Shown: one piece after another, positions 38,613-49,719 of the stretch
How positions within the stretch are numbered: the first letter of the stretch is position 1
Layout: the number at the start of each line of letters is the position of its first letter
Assembly: GCA_964411555.1 (NCBI GenBank)
Contig: CAYPLF010000006.1
Location: 2,227-66,226 of the forward strand
Direction of reading: 5' to 3'
From: an uncultured Bacteroidales bacterium
Lineage (GTDB): Bacteria > Bacteroidota > Bacteroidia > Bacteroidales > UBA1402
DNA: 64,000 bases
Translations under genes and position numbers: made by a program
The notes under the pieces: model-generated
Told to the model about the DNA's origin: nothing
Database searches by the model: none
The model's input: only the letters and a program-made list of their open reading frames with translations

Positions 38613-41600
38613 TTATTTGTATTCGCTCCAACTTTTGATCTGAATGTCATCTATGCTGACCTTGCAGAAGGCATAAATGAAAGCAGCTGCCAGGCGGGCA
38701 TTTGTCAACAAGGGTATGTTGAAGTCGATGGCACCGCGTCGAATCATATACCCGTTGGTCAACTCACGTTTGGTCAAATTCTTCGGGATGTTGATGACCA
38801 AATCAAATTCCTTGTTCCGAATCATGTCGGTAGCTTTGAGGGCTCCTTCTTCATCCGGCCATGAAACTTGTTTGACGTTAACCCCGTTTTCCTTCAGGAA
38901 CGTATAGGTTCCTCCTGTTGCAAACAGGTTATAGCCTTTTTTATCCAACAACCGGCTAGGTTCCAACAAGGCTACCTTCGACTTGGCAGGACCGGATGAA
39001 ATCAGAATGTTCTTTTCGGGAATCCGGTAACCGACCGAAAGCATGGAGGTCAGCAGCGCATCGTCGAAATTGGTGCCGATACAGCCCACTTCGCCGGTTG
39101 AAGCCATGTCCACACCCAACACCGGGTCTGCTTTTTGCAAACGGGTGAAGGAGAACTGGGAAGCCTTGATGCCCACATAGTCGAGTTCAAACTCGGACTT
39201 CTCGGGTTTGGGCACATCCAGTCCCAACATAACCTGCGTGGCCATATCGATGAAATTCAACTTAAGCACTTTCGACACAAACGGGAAGCTGCGTGAGGCC
39301 CTCAGGTTGCACTCGATGACCTTGATTTCATTGTTCTTGGCCAAAAACTGGATATTGAACGGACCGGTGATGTTCAGGGCGGAAGCTATGTCGCGGGCCA
39401 CCCGTTTGATGCGGCGCACGGTCTCGATGTAGATTTTTTGCGGGGGGAACTGCATGGTGGCATCACCGGAGTGGACACCCGCAAATTCCACGTGTTCGGA
39501 AATGGCGTAGACGATGATCTCGCCGTTCTTGGCCACAGCATCAATCTCGATTTCCTTGGCGTGTTCGATAAACTCGCTCACCACCACGGGGTGTTTGGAA
39601 GAAACTTCGGTGGCCACCTTCAGAAACATATCCAGCTCTTCCGCGTTTGAACAGACGTTCATGGCTGCACCGGACAAAACGTAGGAAGGTCTGACCAGAA
39701 CAGGGAATCCAACACCCTTCACAAATTCGTTCACGTCGTCCAGCGACTTGAGTTCCTTCCAGGCAGGTTGGTCGATGCCCAGGCGGTCTAGCATGGAGGA
39801 AAATTTGTGCCTGTCTTCGGCATTGTCGATGGACTTGGCTGAAGTGCCCATCAAATGGACACCGGCTGCATCAAGCCGCACGGCCAGGTTGTTGGGAATC
39901 TGACCACCCACCGACACGATAACCCCCATGGGGTTTTCCAGTTCGATGATGTCCATGACGCGTTCATAGCTCAATTCGTCGAAATAGAGCCGGTCGCACA
40001 TGTCGTAATCGGTAGAAACGGTTTCAGGGTTGTAATTAATCATCACCGAGCGGAGACCCTGATTCCGTACGGTATTGAGGGCATTGACACTACACCAGTC
40101 GAACTCGACGCTGGATCCGATGCGGTAGGCACCTGATCCCAGAACGATGACCGATTTGTGGTCACCCAGGTAATGTACATCGTTGGTTGTACCGTTGTAG
40201 GTCAGGTACAGGTAGTTGGTCTGAGCCGGAAACTCGCCGGCCAGGGTGTCGATTTGCTTGACTACGGGCACCACACCCACCGACTTACGATAGGTCCTAA
40301 AGGCTTCAGCAGTAGCATCCACATCCATTTTTTCAACCATGATGCGAGCCATCTGGTAGTCGGAGAATCCGGCTTGTTTCAAGTCCCAAAGCAATTCAAC
40401 GGGAATAGCTTGTACCTTTTTGTGTTGTTTCAACGCAGTGGCCAGGTCCATGATGTGCTGGAGCTTCTGCAGGAACCACTTGTCGATTTTGGTCAGTTCG
40501 TGGATCCGGTCGATGGAATAACCCAACGCAAAGGCTTGTGACAGGAAAAAGACGCGGCGGTCGGTCGGTTCGGCCAAATCCTTGTCCAGGTCGGTGGTGG
40601 CCAGTTCCTTGTTGCCGATAAAACCGTGCATACCTTGTTGAATCATGCGGAGTCCTTTTTGGAAGGCTTCCTCAAAGGTGCGGCCTATGGCCATGACTTC
40701 ACCCACGCTCTTCATGGAAGAACCGATTTCGCGGGACACACCGTGGAATTTAGCTAAGTCCCAGCGAGGAATCTTGACCACAATGTAGTCGAGAGCCGGT
40801 TCAAAGAAAGCGGTGGTGGTGCGGGTTACCGAATTCTTCAACTCATGCAACCCGAAGCCCAGGGCCAACTTGGCAGCCACAAAAGCCAGGGGATAACCGG
40901 TAGCTTTGGAAGCCAGGGCGGACGAACGGCTCAGGCGGGCGTTCACCTCGATGACGCGGTAATCTTCGGATTCCGGGTCGAAGGCATATTGTACGTTGCA
41001 CTCGCCCACGATGCCGATGTGGCGCACAATGCGTACGGCAATCTCGCGGAGCTTGTGGTATTCGCTGTTGGTCAAGGTCTGCGAGGGAGCGACGACGATG
41101 GACTCTCCGGTGTGGATACCCAGGGGATCGAAGTTCTCCATATTACAGACCGTGATGCAATTGTCGAAACGGTCTCTCACCACTTCGTACTCGATTTCTT
41201 TCCATCCCTTCAGGGATTTTTCCACGAGGAGCTGTGATGAGTAATTGAACGCCTTGGTGGCCAGTGCTTGCAGTTCTTCGGCGTTGTTGCAGAAACCGCT
41301 GCCCAACCCGCCCAATGCGTAAGCAGCCCGGACAATAATGGGGTAACCCAGATTTTCGGCTGCTTTGTGGGCATCCTCTATGGTAGAAACAGCTGTACTT
41401 TTGATGGTTTTTACATCAATTTCGTCCAACCGTTCCACGAACAGTTCCCTGTCTTCCGTGTTGATGATGGATTGGACGGGGGTTCCCAACACCCTTAGGT
41501 TGTATTTTTCCAACACCCCGCTTTCGTACAGCTTCACACCGCAGTTCAACGCGGTTTGCCCACCAAAAGAGAGCAACAGGCCGTCGGGTTTTTCCTTCTC

Positions 41601-41831
41601 GATGACTTTTTCTACAAAATAGGGAGTGACGGGCAGGAAGTAGATCTGGTCGGCAACACCCTCGGTGGTCTGCACCGTGGCAATGTTGGGATTGATCAGC
41701 ACCGTGTAGACGCCCTCTTCCTTAAGGGCTTTCAAGGCTTGTGAACCGGAGTAGTCGAATTCACCGGCTTCACCTATTTTGAGGGCTCCGGAGCCCAATA
41801 ACAGTACTTTCTTGATGCTTTTATCGGTCAT
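38613..41831 (-). CDS. carB: Carbamoyl-phosphate synthase large subunit
   Basis: 1072 aa with duplicated ATP-grasp halves and an MGS-like C-terminal domain. Confidence 0.97.
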   Translation of the reverse strand: MTDKSIKKVLLLGSGALKIGEAGEFDYSGSQALKALKEEGVYTVLINPNIATVQTTEGVADQIYFLPVTPYFVEKVIEKEKPDGLLLSFGGQTALNCGVKLYESGVLEKYNLRVLGTPVQSIINTEDRELFVERLDEIDVKTIKSTAVSTIEDAHKAAENLGYPIIVRAAYALGGLGSGFCNNAEELQALATKAFNYSSQLLVEKSLKGWKEIEYEVVRDRFDNCITVCNMENFDPLGIHTGESIVVAPSQTLTNSEYHKLREIAVRIVRHIGIVGECNVQYAFDPESEDYRVIEVNARLSRSSALASKATGYPLAFVAAKLALGFGLHELKNSVTRTTTAFFEPALDYIVVKIPRWDLAKFHGVSREIGSSMKSVGEVMAIGRTFEEAFQKGLRMIQQGMHGFIGNKELATTDLDKDLAEPTDRRVFFLSQAFALGYSIDRIHELTKIDKWFLQKLQHIMDLATALKQHKKVQAIPVELLWDLKQAGFSDYQMARIMVEKMDVDATAEAFRTYRKSVGVVPVVKQIDTLAGEFPAQTNYLYLTYNGTTNDVHYLGDHKSVIVLGSGAYRIGSSVEFDWCSVNALNTVRNQGLRSVMINYNPETVSTDYDMCDRLYFDELSYERVMDIIELENPMGVIVSVGGQIPNNLAVRLDAAGVHLMGTSAKSIDNAEDRHKFSSMLDRLGIDQPAWKELKSLDDVNEFVKGVGFPVLVRPSYVLSGAAMNVCSNAEELDMFLKVATEVSSKHPVVVSEFIEHAKEIEIDAVAKNGEIIVYAISEHVEFAGVHSGDATMQFPPQKIYIETVRRIKRVARDIASALNITGPFNIQFLAKNNEIKVIECNLRASRSFPFVSKVLKLNFIDMATQVMLGLDVPKPEKSEFELDYVGIKASQFSFTRLQKADPVLGVDMASTGEVGCIGTNFDDALLTSMLSVGYRIPEKNILISSGPAKSKVALLEPSRLLDKKGYNLFATGGTYTFLKENGVNVKQVSWPDEEGALKATDMIRNKEFDLVINIPKNLTKRELTNGYMIRRGAIDFNIPLLTNARLAAAFIYAFCKVSIDDIQIKSWSEYK

Positions 41832-42907
41832 GATTTGCTAATTTTATCCAGAAACTCATCAAACAGGAATTCCGTATCCGTCGGACCGCTGGAGGCTTCC
41901 GGATGGAATTGGGCAGAGAAAATGGGTTTGGACTTGTGACGGATACCTTCGTTGGTGCCGTCGTTCAGGTTGATGAACAGGGGCTCCCAATCGCTTCCCA
42001 AGCTCGTGTTGTCCACCGCAAACCCGTGGTTCTGCGAGGTGATGAAGCAACGGTCGGTTCCCTTCATGATGACCGGTTGGTTGTGGCTGCGGTGTCCGTA
42101 TTTCAATTTGTAGGTTTTGGCACCGCCGGCTATGCTGAGCAATTGATTGCCCATACAAATACCAAAGATGGGTTTGTCGGCTTCCATGGCCTTGCGGATG
42201 TGTTCCACCGTTTCGGTACAGTGTTCGGGATTGCCCGGACCGTTCGAGATAAACAGACCATCGTAGTCCATCCGGCTGAAATCGTAATCCCAAGGCACCC
42301 TGAAAATGGTCACATCGCGCTTCAACAGGCATCGGATGATGTTATGCTTCACCCCGCAGTCAACCAGGACGATGCGTTTCGACCCGTTTCCGTAGGTGAG
42401 GACCTCTTTGCAACTGACTTCTGCCACCCAGTTGACGTTGTCGGTATCCAGAAAAGGTACTTCTTCCTCATCGGGATAGACAAACTTGCCCTTCATGGAA
42501 CCGGCCTCTCTAAGAAGCTTCGTCAATTCCCTGGTGTCTACGCCGTAAATGCCGGGAATTTGTTGTTCTTCCAGCCAGTCGCTCAAACTGCGTTGAGCGT
42601 TCCAATGGCTGTATTTAAACGAATAATCGGAAATAACCAGCCCTTTGACATGTATTATTTCCGATTCATAATAAACTGATAATTGGTTTTCGACTATATC
42701 CGCCGGGACCCCGTAATTCCCAATCAAAGGATATGTCACCGTCAATATCTGACCTGCGTACGATGGGTCGGTCAGACTTTCGGGATACCCTACCATCGCT
42801 GTTGAAAAAACAACCTCCCCTGCCGTGGGCTTGGCGTAGCCGAATGACTTGCCGTGGAAGGTGGTTCCGTTCTCCAGCACGAGTTGAACCGATTTGGATG
42901 TATTCAT
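41828..42907 (-). CDS. carA: Carbamoyl-phosphate synthase small (glutaminase) subunit
   Basis: Trimmed to MNTSKSVQLVLENGTTFHGKSFG.. Triad region GICMGNQLL and ..FHPE. ATGA overlap with carB. Confidence 0.95.
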   Translation of the reverse strand: MNTSKSVQLVLENGTTFHGKSFGYAKPTAGEVVFSTAMVGYPESLTDPSYAGQILTVTYPLIGNYGVPADIVENQLSVYYESEIIHVKGLVISDYSFKYSHWNAQRSLSDWLEEQQIPGIYGVDTRELTKLLREAGSMKGKFVYPDEEEVPFLDTDNVNWVAEVSCKEVLTYGNGSKRIVLVDCGVKHNIIRCLLKRDVTIFRVPWDYDFSRMDYDGLFISNGPGNPEHCTETVEHIRKAMEADKPIFGICMGNQLLSIAGGAKTYKLKYGHRSHNQPVIMKGTDRCFITSQNHGFAVDNTSLGSDWEPLFINLNDGTNEGIRHKSKPIFSAQFHPEASSGPTDTEFLFDEFLDKISKS

Positions 42908-42945
42908 GCACTGATACTCTTGTGATTCTATATGATTACAGCGCA

Positions 42946-42953
42946 CAAAATTA
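42946..42953 (-). promoter_or_regulatory. Bacteroidota -7 promoter box (TAATTTTG) for carA
   Basis: The plus strand reads CAAAATTA. It lies 39 nt upstream of the ATG at 42907. Confidence 0.5.
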
Positions 42954-43048
42954 CAATAAAAATCGGACATTCATGACATTATGTACCGATTTTTACAAAT
43001 CAAAGCACAATTCGAAAGTAAAAAGTAGTTTATTAATAAATAAGGTCA

Positions 43049-44044
43049 TCAATCAGCAACTGCCTTATCTGCTGGTTTTTCAGCGTATACCAAAGCGCTC
43101 GCACCAATAATGGCGGCATCACCGGCATGAAGTTGTGAGGGTTGCAAGCTGACCTTGTTCTTAAACATGGACAACAAGTGAGCTTCCATGCTTTCACGAG
43201 TTGGCTTGAGCAACAATTCCCCGGCTGCAACCGGTCCACCAAACAGAAAAACAGCTTCCGGGCTGGTATGAAGAATGGTGTTGGCTATGGCGATACCCAA
43301 CCAATAACCTGTTTGCTCAAATACCTCCAATGCAAGGGCGTCACCCTGTTGAGCTGCTTGATAGATGGACTTCGAATCCAATTCCGAAAACGATTTGGTT
43401 GCCAACAAACTGTGAACAGCGTTGTCCCGTACCAATAATTCAAAGGCGGTGCGTTTGATACCCGAAGCCGAGCAATACGTTTCCACGCATCCCTTTTTAC
43501 CGCATCCGCAGTTTCGTCCATTTGGCACCAGGGTGGTGTGGCCGCATTCCCCGGCAAATCCATCGTGGCCATACACCAATTGTCCGTTCACAACAATACC
43601 GCTGCCCACACCGGTCCCAAGCGTGTACATGACAAAATCCTTCATACCCTTGGCACCACCGTAAATCATTTCACCAATGGCAGCCGCGTTGGCATCATTG
43701 GTCAGCACAATGGTTTCGAATTCAGGAAAATAGGGACGCATCAGTTCAACCAATGGAACAATGCCTTTGAATGAAAGGTTGGGGGCATAATCGATGGAAC
43801 CCTTGTAGTAATTGCCGTTGGGAGCATCCATGCCGATGCCGTTGATCTGCAAATCACCGTGTGTTTGACGTACTGTTGCCACCAATGAACGAATCACAAC
43901 CGAGAGGTTTTCCACAAAAGCCGCAGCATCACCATGGGTTGGCGTTGGCAGTGTTTCTTGAATGAGCACTTCACCACTACGATCCACCACACCAACAACG
44001 GTATTGGTACCTCCAATGTCAATGCCTATGGCTGCCTGTTTCAT
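43049..44044 (-). CDS. ROK-family sugar kinase (glucokinase-like)
   Basis: MKQAAIGIDIGGTNT.. and the ROK zinc motif GHTTLVPNGRNCGCGKKGCVE. The track start at 44053 is a TTG; the ATG is at 44044. Confidence 0.88.
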   Translation of the reverse strand: MKQAAIGIDIGGTNTVVGVVDRSGEVLIQETLPTPTHGDAAAFVENLSVVIRSLVATVRQTHGDLQINGIGMDAPNGNYYKGSIDYAPNLSFKGIVPLVELMRPYFPEFETIVLTNDANAAAIGEMIYGGAKGMKDFVMYTLGTGVGSGIVVNGQLVYGHDGFAGECGHTTLVPNGRNCGCGKKGCVETYCSASGIKRTAFELLVRDNAVHSLLATKSFSELDSKSIYQAAQQGDALALEVFEQTGYWLGIAIANTILHTSPEAVFLFGGPVAAGELLLKPTRESMEAHLLSMFKNKVSLQPSQLHAGDAAIIGASALVYAEKPADKAVAD

Positions 44045-44088
44045 GGTATTCAAAGTCTGTTCGAAAATAATAACGGTTTATCTGCAAG

Positions 44089-44096
44089 CAAATATA
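44089..44096 (-). promoter_or_regulatory. Bacteroidota -7 promoter box (TATATTTG) for the ROK kinase gene
   Basis: The plus strand reads CAAATATA. It lies 45 nt upstream of the ATG at 44044. Confidence 0.5.
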
Positions 44097-44154
44097 CAGC
44101 ATACGTATCAATTTATAATTAGTATACGCACAACTGACAATGAATGGATTCCTT

Positions 44155-45102
44155 TTACAACGGATATTCCTCAAAGGCGTACAACACGGAACTTAAGTAG
44201 CGCTCCCCTGTATCCGGCAGCAATACCACAATGTTCTTGCCGGCATTCTCGGGACGTTTGGCTAGTTGTACGCCTGCCCAAGCTGCGGCTCCAGACGAGA
44301 TTCCCACTAAAAGACCTTCCTGCCAGGCCAGTTCCCTGGCGGTAAGAATGGCTGCATCTTGAGGAACGCGTAACACCTCATCGATGACATTGCAATCGAA
44401 ATTGGCCGGAATGAAATTGGCACCAATACCTTGTATTTTATGTGATCCAGCCTGTCCTCCGGAAAGCAAAGGTGATTCATCGGGCTCCACAGCCACAATG
44501 CGAATATTGGGATTGTGGGCCTTAAGCGCTGCTCCTACCCCACTGACAGTACCACCTGTACCCACTCCGGCAACAAACACATCCACCTTACCATCGGTGT
44601 CCTTCCAAATTTCTTGACCGGTAGTTTTGCGATGAATTTCAGGATTGGACCGATTGGAGAATTGCTGCAAAATAATGGAGCCTTCGATTTCTTTGTTCAA
44701 TTCTTCTGCTTTGTCCAAGGCCGCTTTCATGCCGCCAGGACCTGGTGTCAGAACCAATTGCGCACCCAATGCTTTCAGCAGGGTACGGCGTTCCACACTC
44801 ATGGTTTCGGGCATGGTCAGAATCAACTTATACCCCCTTGAAGCCGCCACAAATGCCAATCCCACACCGGTGTTGCCACTGGTCGGTTCAATAATGGTAC
44901 CTCCTGGTTTTAATAAGCCTGAGGATTCGGCATCCTGTATCATGGCAAGGGCAATCCTATCCTTAACGCTGCCTGCCGGATTGAAATACTCCAACTTGGC
45001 GATCAGTCTGGCGTCAAGCTGTTTGTTATGGCTGAAATTCCCCAGCTCCAGCAGGGGAGTGTTGCCGACCAGGTCGGTCAAGGTTGAAGCAATTCTAGAC
45101 AT
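44155..45102 (-). CDS. cysK: Cysteine synthase A (O-acetylserine sulfhydrylase)
   Basis: Trimmed to [20 protein letters not shown].. Has the PLP-lysine motif NPAGSVKDR and the GTGGT loop. Confidence 0.93.
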   Translation of the reverse strand: MSRIASTLTDLVGNTPLLELGNFSHNKQLDARLIAKLEYFNPAGSVKDRIALAMIQDAESSGLLKPGGTIIEPTSGNTGVGLAFVAASRGYKLILTMPETMSVERRTLLKALGAQLVLTPGPGGMKAALDKAEELNKEIEGSIILQQFSNRSNPEIHRKTTGQEIWKDTDGKVDVFVAGVGTGGTVSGVGAALKAHNPNIRIVAVEPDESPLLSGGQAGSHKIQGIGANFIPANFDCNVIDEVLRVPQDAAILTARELAWQEGLLVGISSGAAAWAGVQLAKRPENAGKNIVVLLPDTGERYLSSVLYAFEEYPL

Positions 45103-45141
45103 ATGGTTGTTATTTGCAATTATCCTGTATTTTTGTGAAAG

Positions 45142-45149
45142 CAAAGATA
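45142..45149 (-). promoter_or_regulatory. Bacteroidota -7 promoter box (TATCTTTG) for cysK
   Basis: The plus strand reads CAAAGATA. It lies 40 nt upstream of the ATG at 45102. Confidence 0.5.
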
Positions 45150-45186
45150 AGTGGTTTGACCGTCAACAAAAATACCATTTGCAGGG

Positions 45187-45194
45187 TATATTTG
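45187..45194 (+). promoter_or_regulatory. Bacteroidota -7 promoter box (TATATTTG) for the LTD/CotH gene
   Basis: Lies 44 nt upstream of the ATG at 45238. Confidence 0.5.
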
Positions 45195-45237
45195 AGATAA
45201 CCTCAACATTTGCACCATTCATCATACTATTAATTCT

Positions 45238-48200
45238 ATGCCTGGTTACTTGTCACTAAAAAGAAGCGCTATTCTGATTGTTGGATTGATGACGGTCTTT
45301 GCATCAAATGGACAAGTGTTTATCAATGAATTTCTGGCATCGAATGCCAGCACGAATACCGACCCCAACTACGGAGCCTATGCCGATTGGGTTGAACTGT
45401 ACAACGCAGACACATCCTCGGTCAATCTGAAGGGATACTCGTTGACCGACAACCTGGACGACACACAAAAATGGACATTCACCACCGATGTGATTATCCA
45501 AGCCGGCGGTTATCTGGTGCTGTGGTGTGACGATAAAGGTACCGGTTTGTACGCTCCTTTCAAATTATCGGCATCGGGGGAGGCCATCGGGTTGTTTGAT
45601 GCAACGCAACAACTGGTTGACTCCATTGTTTTCGGTCCTCAATACACCGATATTTCCATGGGACGCAGTCCCAACGGTGGAGAAACGTGGATGTATTATA
45701 CAAAAGCCTCACCGGGTTTGCCGAATGAAACAACCGGGTTTGCCGGCCAGGTGCAGAATATACCGGAATTTTATCCATTCGGCGGCATCTACTCGTCCTC
45801 TGTTGATGTTACCCTATTTACTGATCTGGGGGGGCACCATCCGCTATACGCTCAATGGTTCGGAACCCACTGAAGAATCACCGGTATATTCCACTCCGCT
45901 ACACGTGCAAAAAACCACCATAGTCAGGGCACGGGTATTCAAACCAGGTTTTATCGCAGGCCCGGTGCAAACCCATTCCTATTTTATCGGCAACCTGTTT
46001 CCTGACAAAAACTTGCCGGTAGTTTCAATCGCCACCGATTCTGTCAATTTCTGGGGAGCCACCAAGGGTATTTACGTACAATCGTTCAAACCGGACTGGG
46101 AAGTGCCGGTCAACATTGAATTGTTTGAAAACAACGGCAGTGACAGGGCGGCTTTCAATGAAGCGGCCGGCATCAAAATCAACGGACTATATTCCTGGCA
46201 ACTGCCACAAAAGATGCTGGGTGTCTATTTCCGCAAGCAATATGGTAACAGCAAGTTGGAATCCCCCTTGTTTTTCGATCGTCCCCGCAGCACCTTCGAT
46301 AATTTTGCCTTGCGTGCCTCGGGTAATGATTGGAGCAATACGCTGTTTCGCGACGGATTGGTTCAGCAAGCCTGCCACAACTACAACATGAACCTAGACA
46401 ACATGGCCTTCCGACCTTCGGTGGTATATGTAAACGGGAAATACATGGGCATCCACAACATCCGCGAAAAAGTGGACGAAGATTATGTTGCTTCCAACCA
46501 CGGACTGAAAGAGGGTGAATTTGACCTCATTGAAAACGGCGACTACGTGGAATCGGGCAGCATCGATGCCTGGAATAATTATTGGTTGTTGGTTAACAAG
46601 GATTTGTCCATACAGGCCAACTACGACACCGTTGCCAACTACATGGACATCGAGAATTTTATCGATTTGATTATTACCGAAGCGTATTCCGGCAACTATT
46701 CCATCGACCACAACACCATGGCCTGGAAACCCATAGAAGGCGGCAAATGGCGATGGATCCTAATGGATTTGGATAGGGGATTTATTGACAACACCAAGTA
46801 CCCTCTTTCTTATTTTACCAACCAGACCGTATGGCCATTGGCTCAGTTGATGAAAAACCCGGTATTCAAACGCTGCCTGGGTATACGTTTGGCCGACCAT
46901 ATGTTCACCACCTTCAACCCGCTGCGCATGGTGCCGCGCATCAAGAACCACGCAGCGGCCATTGAAAACGAAATGCCCAAACACATCCAACGCTGGCAGG
47001 GAACCACCTCAGAATATGGGGATGCCATCCCTTCCATGAGCTACTGGCGGAATGAAGTGGAGAAACTGAAAATCTTTGCTGAAGGCCGTCCCGGATTCCT
47101 GTTGCAGGACTTGAAGAACTACGGTTTCGACTCACCGGTCAAGTTTTCCTTATCCACCTACCCGGCCAACGCCGGAAACTGGTCGTTCAACAACATGCGG
47201 ATAGACAGTGGCACCTGGTCAGGTTCCTACCCGAAAAACCTGTCCTTCATGGTGGAAGCCAAGCCCAAACCCGGGTACAGTTTAAAGGGATGGGCAACGG
47301 TGACCAGCACCGAATTGATTGCCAACAATGCTTCCTGGAAATACGTGGACAACGGGTCCAACCAAGGTACAGCCTGGGCCGGCACCGCCTTTGACGACAG
47401 TGGTTGGAAAACCGGCACCGCCCCACTGGGATATGGAGAATCCGTTTCGTCCGTCATCTCCACGACCATTGGTTACGGTACCGATCCCAACAACAAATAC
47501 ATCACCAGCTATTTCAGGAAGGCCTTCAACATCGATGCGGCGACTCTTGCCAACGGTCAGTTTACCCTTTATCTGATGCGTGATGATGGTGCTGTGGTGT
47601 ACCTGAACGGCAAACCCATCATCCGGTCCAACATGCCGAGCGGTACGATATCCTACCTTACTCCGGCCTCATCCATCATTTCGAGTTCTGCTCAAACCGC
47701 CTACGTACCCTATACGATTGACAAGGCGGATTTACAAGCCGGCACTAACATCCTTGCAGTGGAAGTGCATCAGGTGAGTGGAACAAGCAGCGATGTATCG
47801 TTCGGCATCCAATTGATGGCCCAAGTTGCCGACCCTACCATCCTTTCTCCGGCAATGCCTACAAAATCTTTCACGTTGAGTGGTGAATCGATGGCGATGG
47901 CTGTGTACCAACTCACGACGAGTTCCATCTTGAAGGACACGATTCCGGCTGGCACCATTCTGCGTAAATCAGCTTCACCGTACCTGGCCCAGGGTTCGCT
48001 GGTCGTACCCGAACACACAACGTTGGTCATCGAACCCGGTGTTGAAATCTTGATGCCTGCAGATGCCAACCTGATGGTGCACGGAGCCATCGAAGCACTG
48101 GGCACAGAAACAGACAGCATCACCTTCCACCTGAACCCAGCCAAAGCCGGTGATGGTCACTGGGGGGCCATTTGCTTCATCCACGCCACCGACACAACTA

Positions 48201-49714
48201 AGATGAGCTGTGTTTCCATCAGGAACGCTTCTGAAGGCCCGGGACTCTACCGCTGTGTGGCCGCACTTTCAGCCTTCGATGCTGATTTACAGCTCGACCA
48301 CATGAACCTTACCGACAATACGTCGAATCCATTGGCCTTACGCTACTCCAGCTTACGTATCACCAACAGCGAACTACATTCCAAGGTATTGGGTGACCTG
48401 ATCAACGTCAAGTACGGCAAAAGTTATATTGAGAACTGCCGTTTCACAGGCAACGATTACCCGGATACCGACGGCATCGATTACGACGATGTACTGGATG
48501 GGGTTATCAAGAACGTGGTGATCCATGACTTCAAGGGCAGCAACAGCGACGCCATCGACATTGGCGAAGAGGCGATGAACATTCATATTGACAGCATCCT
48601 TGTATACAATGTGACCGACAAAGGTATTTCTGTTGGTCAACGCTCACGGGTCTTTATCAAAGATGCCACCGTCATCAATACCAACCTGGGTGTGGGCGTG
48701 AAGGATTCCAGCTTCCTGGAAGTTAACCAAAGCACTTTCTTTGGTGTAGCCACCCCCATAGCCACCTACGAAAAAAATGCAGGCAAAGCGGGCGGAAACG
48801 TGGTGGTCAGGAACAGCATCCTGTCGAACAGTTATGACCAGACCACCTTATGCGATGACAAGTCTACTCTGCAGGTGCACAACAGCCATTCGGACAACGA
48901 CCTTCTTCAAATCGGCAATGATAATTACTTTGGACCGGTAGGATTTCCCGCTCCCGGATTTTACGACCTTGGTGAAGGCACCACAATCTTTCAGGGCAGA
49001 GGTTCCTCCTTCTTCCCCGAAAAGCCCAAACCCTCACCCACCATCACCGCCATCTTTTTCAATGGCAACAAGGCTGCCGACCGTTCGGAATTCATCCGCC
49101 TTTCCAATCCGGGAACAGAAACCATCAACCTGGGTGATTACAGCCTGACCAATGCCGTCCAATACGTATTTCCGAAGAATTGCCTGCTGGAGCCGGGGAA
49201 GTCATTACTGGTGGTCAAAGACAAGTTCATGCATACAAAATGGATGTCCGATTCGAACGTTCACATGTGGTCTGATGGCAGCTTGGCCAACGAAGGAGAG
49301 GCTGTCCGATTATGCGACGACAATGGAACGATTGTCGATCAGGTAGCTTATAAGCCCACTGCTCCTTGGCCTTCGGTAGCTGATTCGGACGAACAGGTGC
49401 TGGTCTTCAGCTCCCTCGAAAAGGACAACCATCTGGGTGAGAACTGGACCACAGGCACCTACGCCTTGCTGATTGACGGACTGAGCGCCGTCAGAGTGAA
49501 TCCAGGCTTCCTCTATCCCAACTCGACCAAAGGCCCTGTAACGGTCAATTTACCAGCAGGCACCTCCGAGCGGCTATTCATCTACAACCTGACCGGCCAA
49601 GCTGTATTGAGTACCACGGTTGAAAACGGTCAACAACTCGACCTGACACACTTGCCAAACGGCTTGTACCTGGTCAAGGTGGGCAACCGAACAGAAAAAC
49701 TGAAAAAACAGTAG
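45238..49714 (+). pseudogene. Frameshifted (or phase-variable) giant secreted protein with, in order: lamin-tail domain, chitobiase-C-like domain, CotH kinase-like domain, beta-sandwich, right-handed beta-helix, second lamin-tail domain, T9SS C-terminal domain
   Basis: ORFs 45238-45873 and 45527-49714 join at a G7 run (45828-45834). With G6 the reading is ..VDVTLFTDLGGTIRYTLNGSEPT.., which is one continuous chitobiase-C-type domain. The CotH region contains LRASGNDWSNTLFRD..VYVNGKYMGIHNIREK. The T9SS tail reads ..LFIYNLTGQAVL...NGLYLVKVGN. Confidence 0.8.
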
Positions 49715-49719
49715 TTTGA

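Noticed and set aside
45527-45827. The 5' 100 codons of ORF 45527-49714 as an independent gene start
   Set aside because: This stretch is the out-of-frame overlap with ORF 45238-45873. Only the 45238 frame there encodes a signal peptide and a lamin-tail domain. The two ORFs are one gene broken at the G7 tract.
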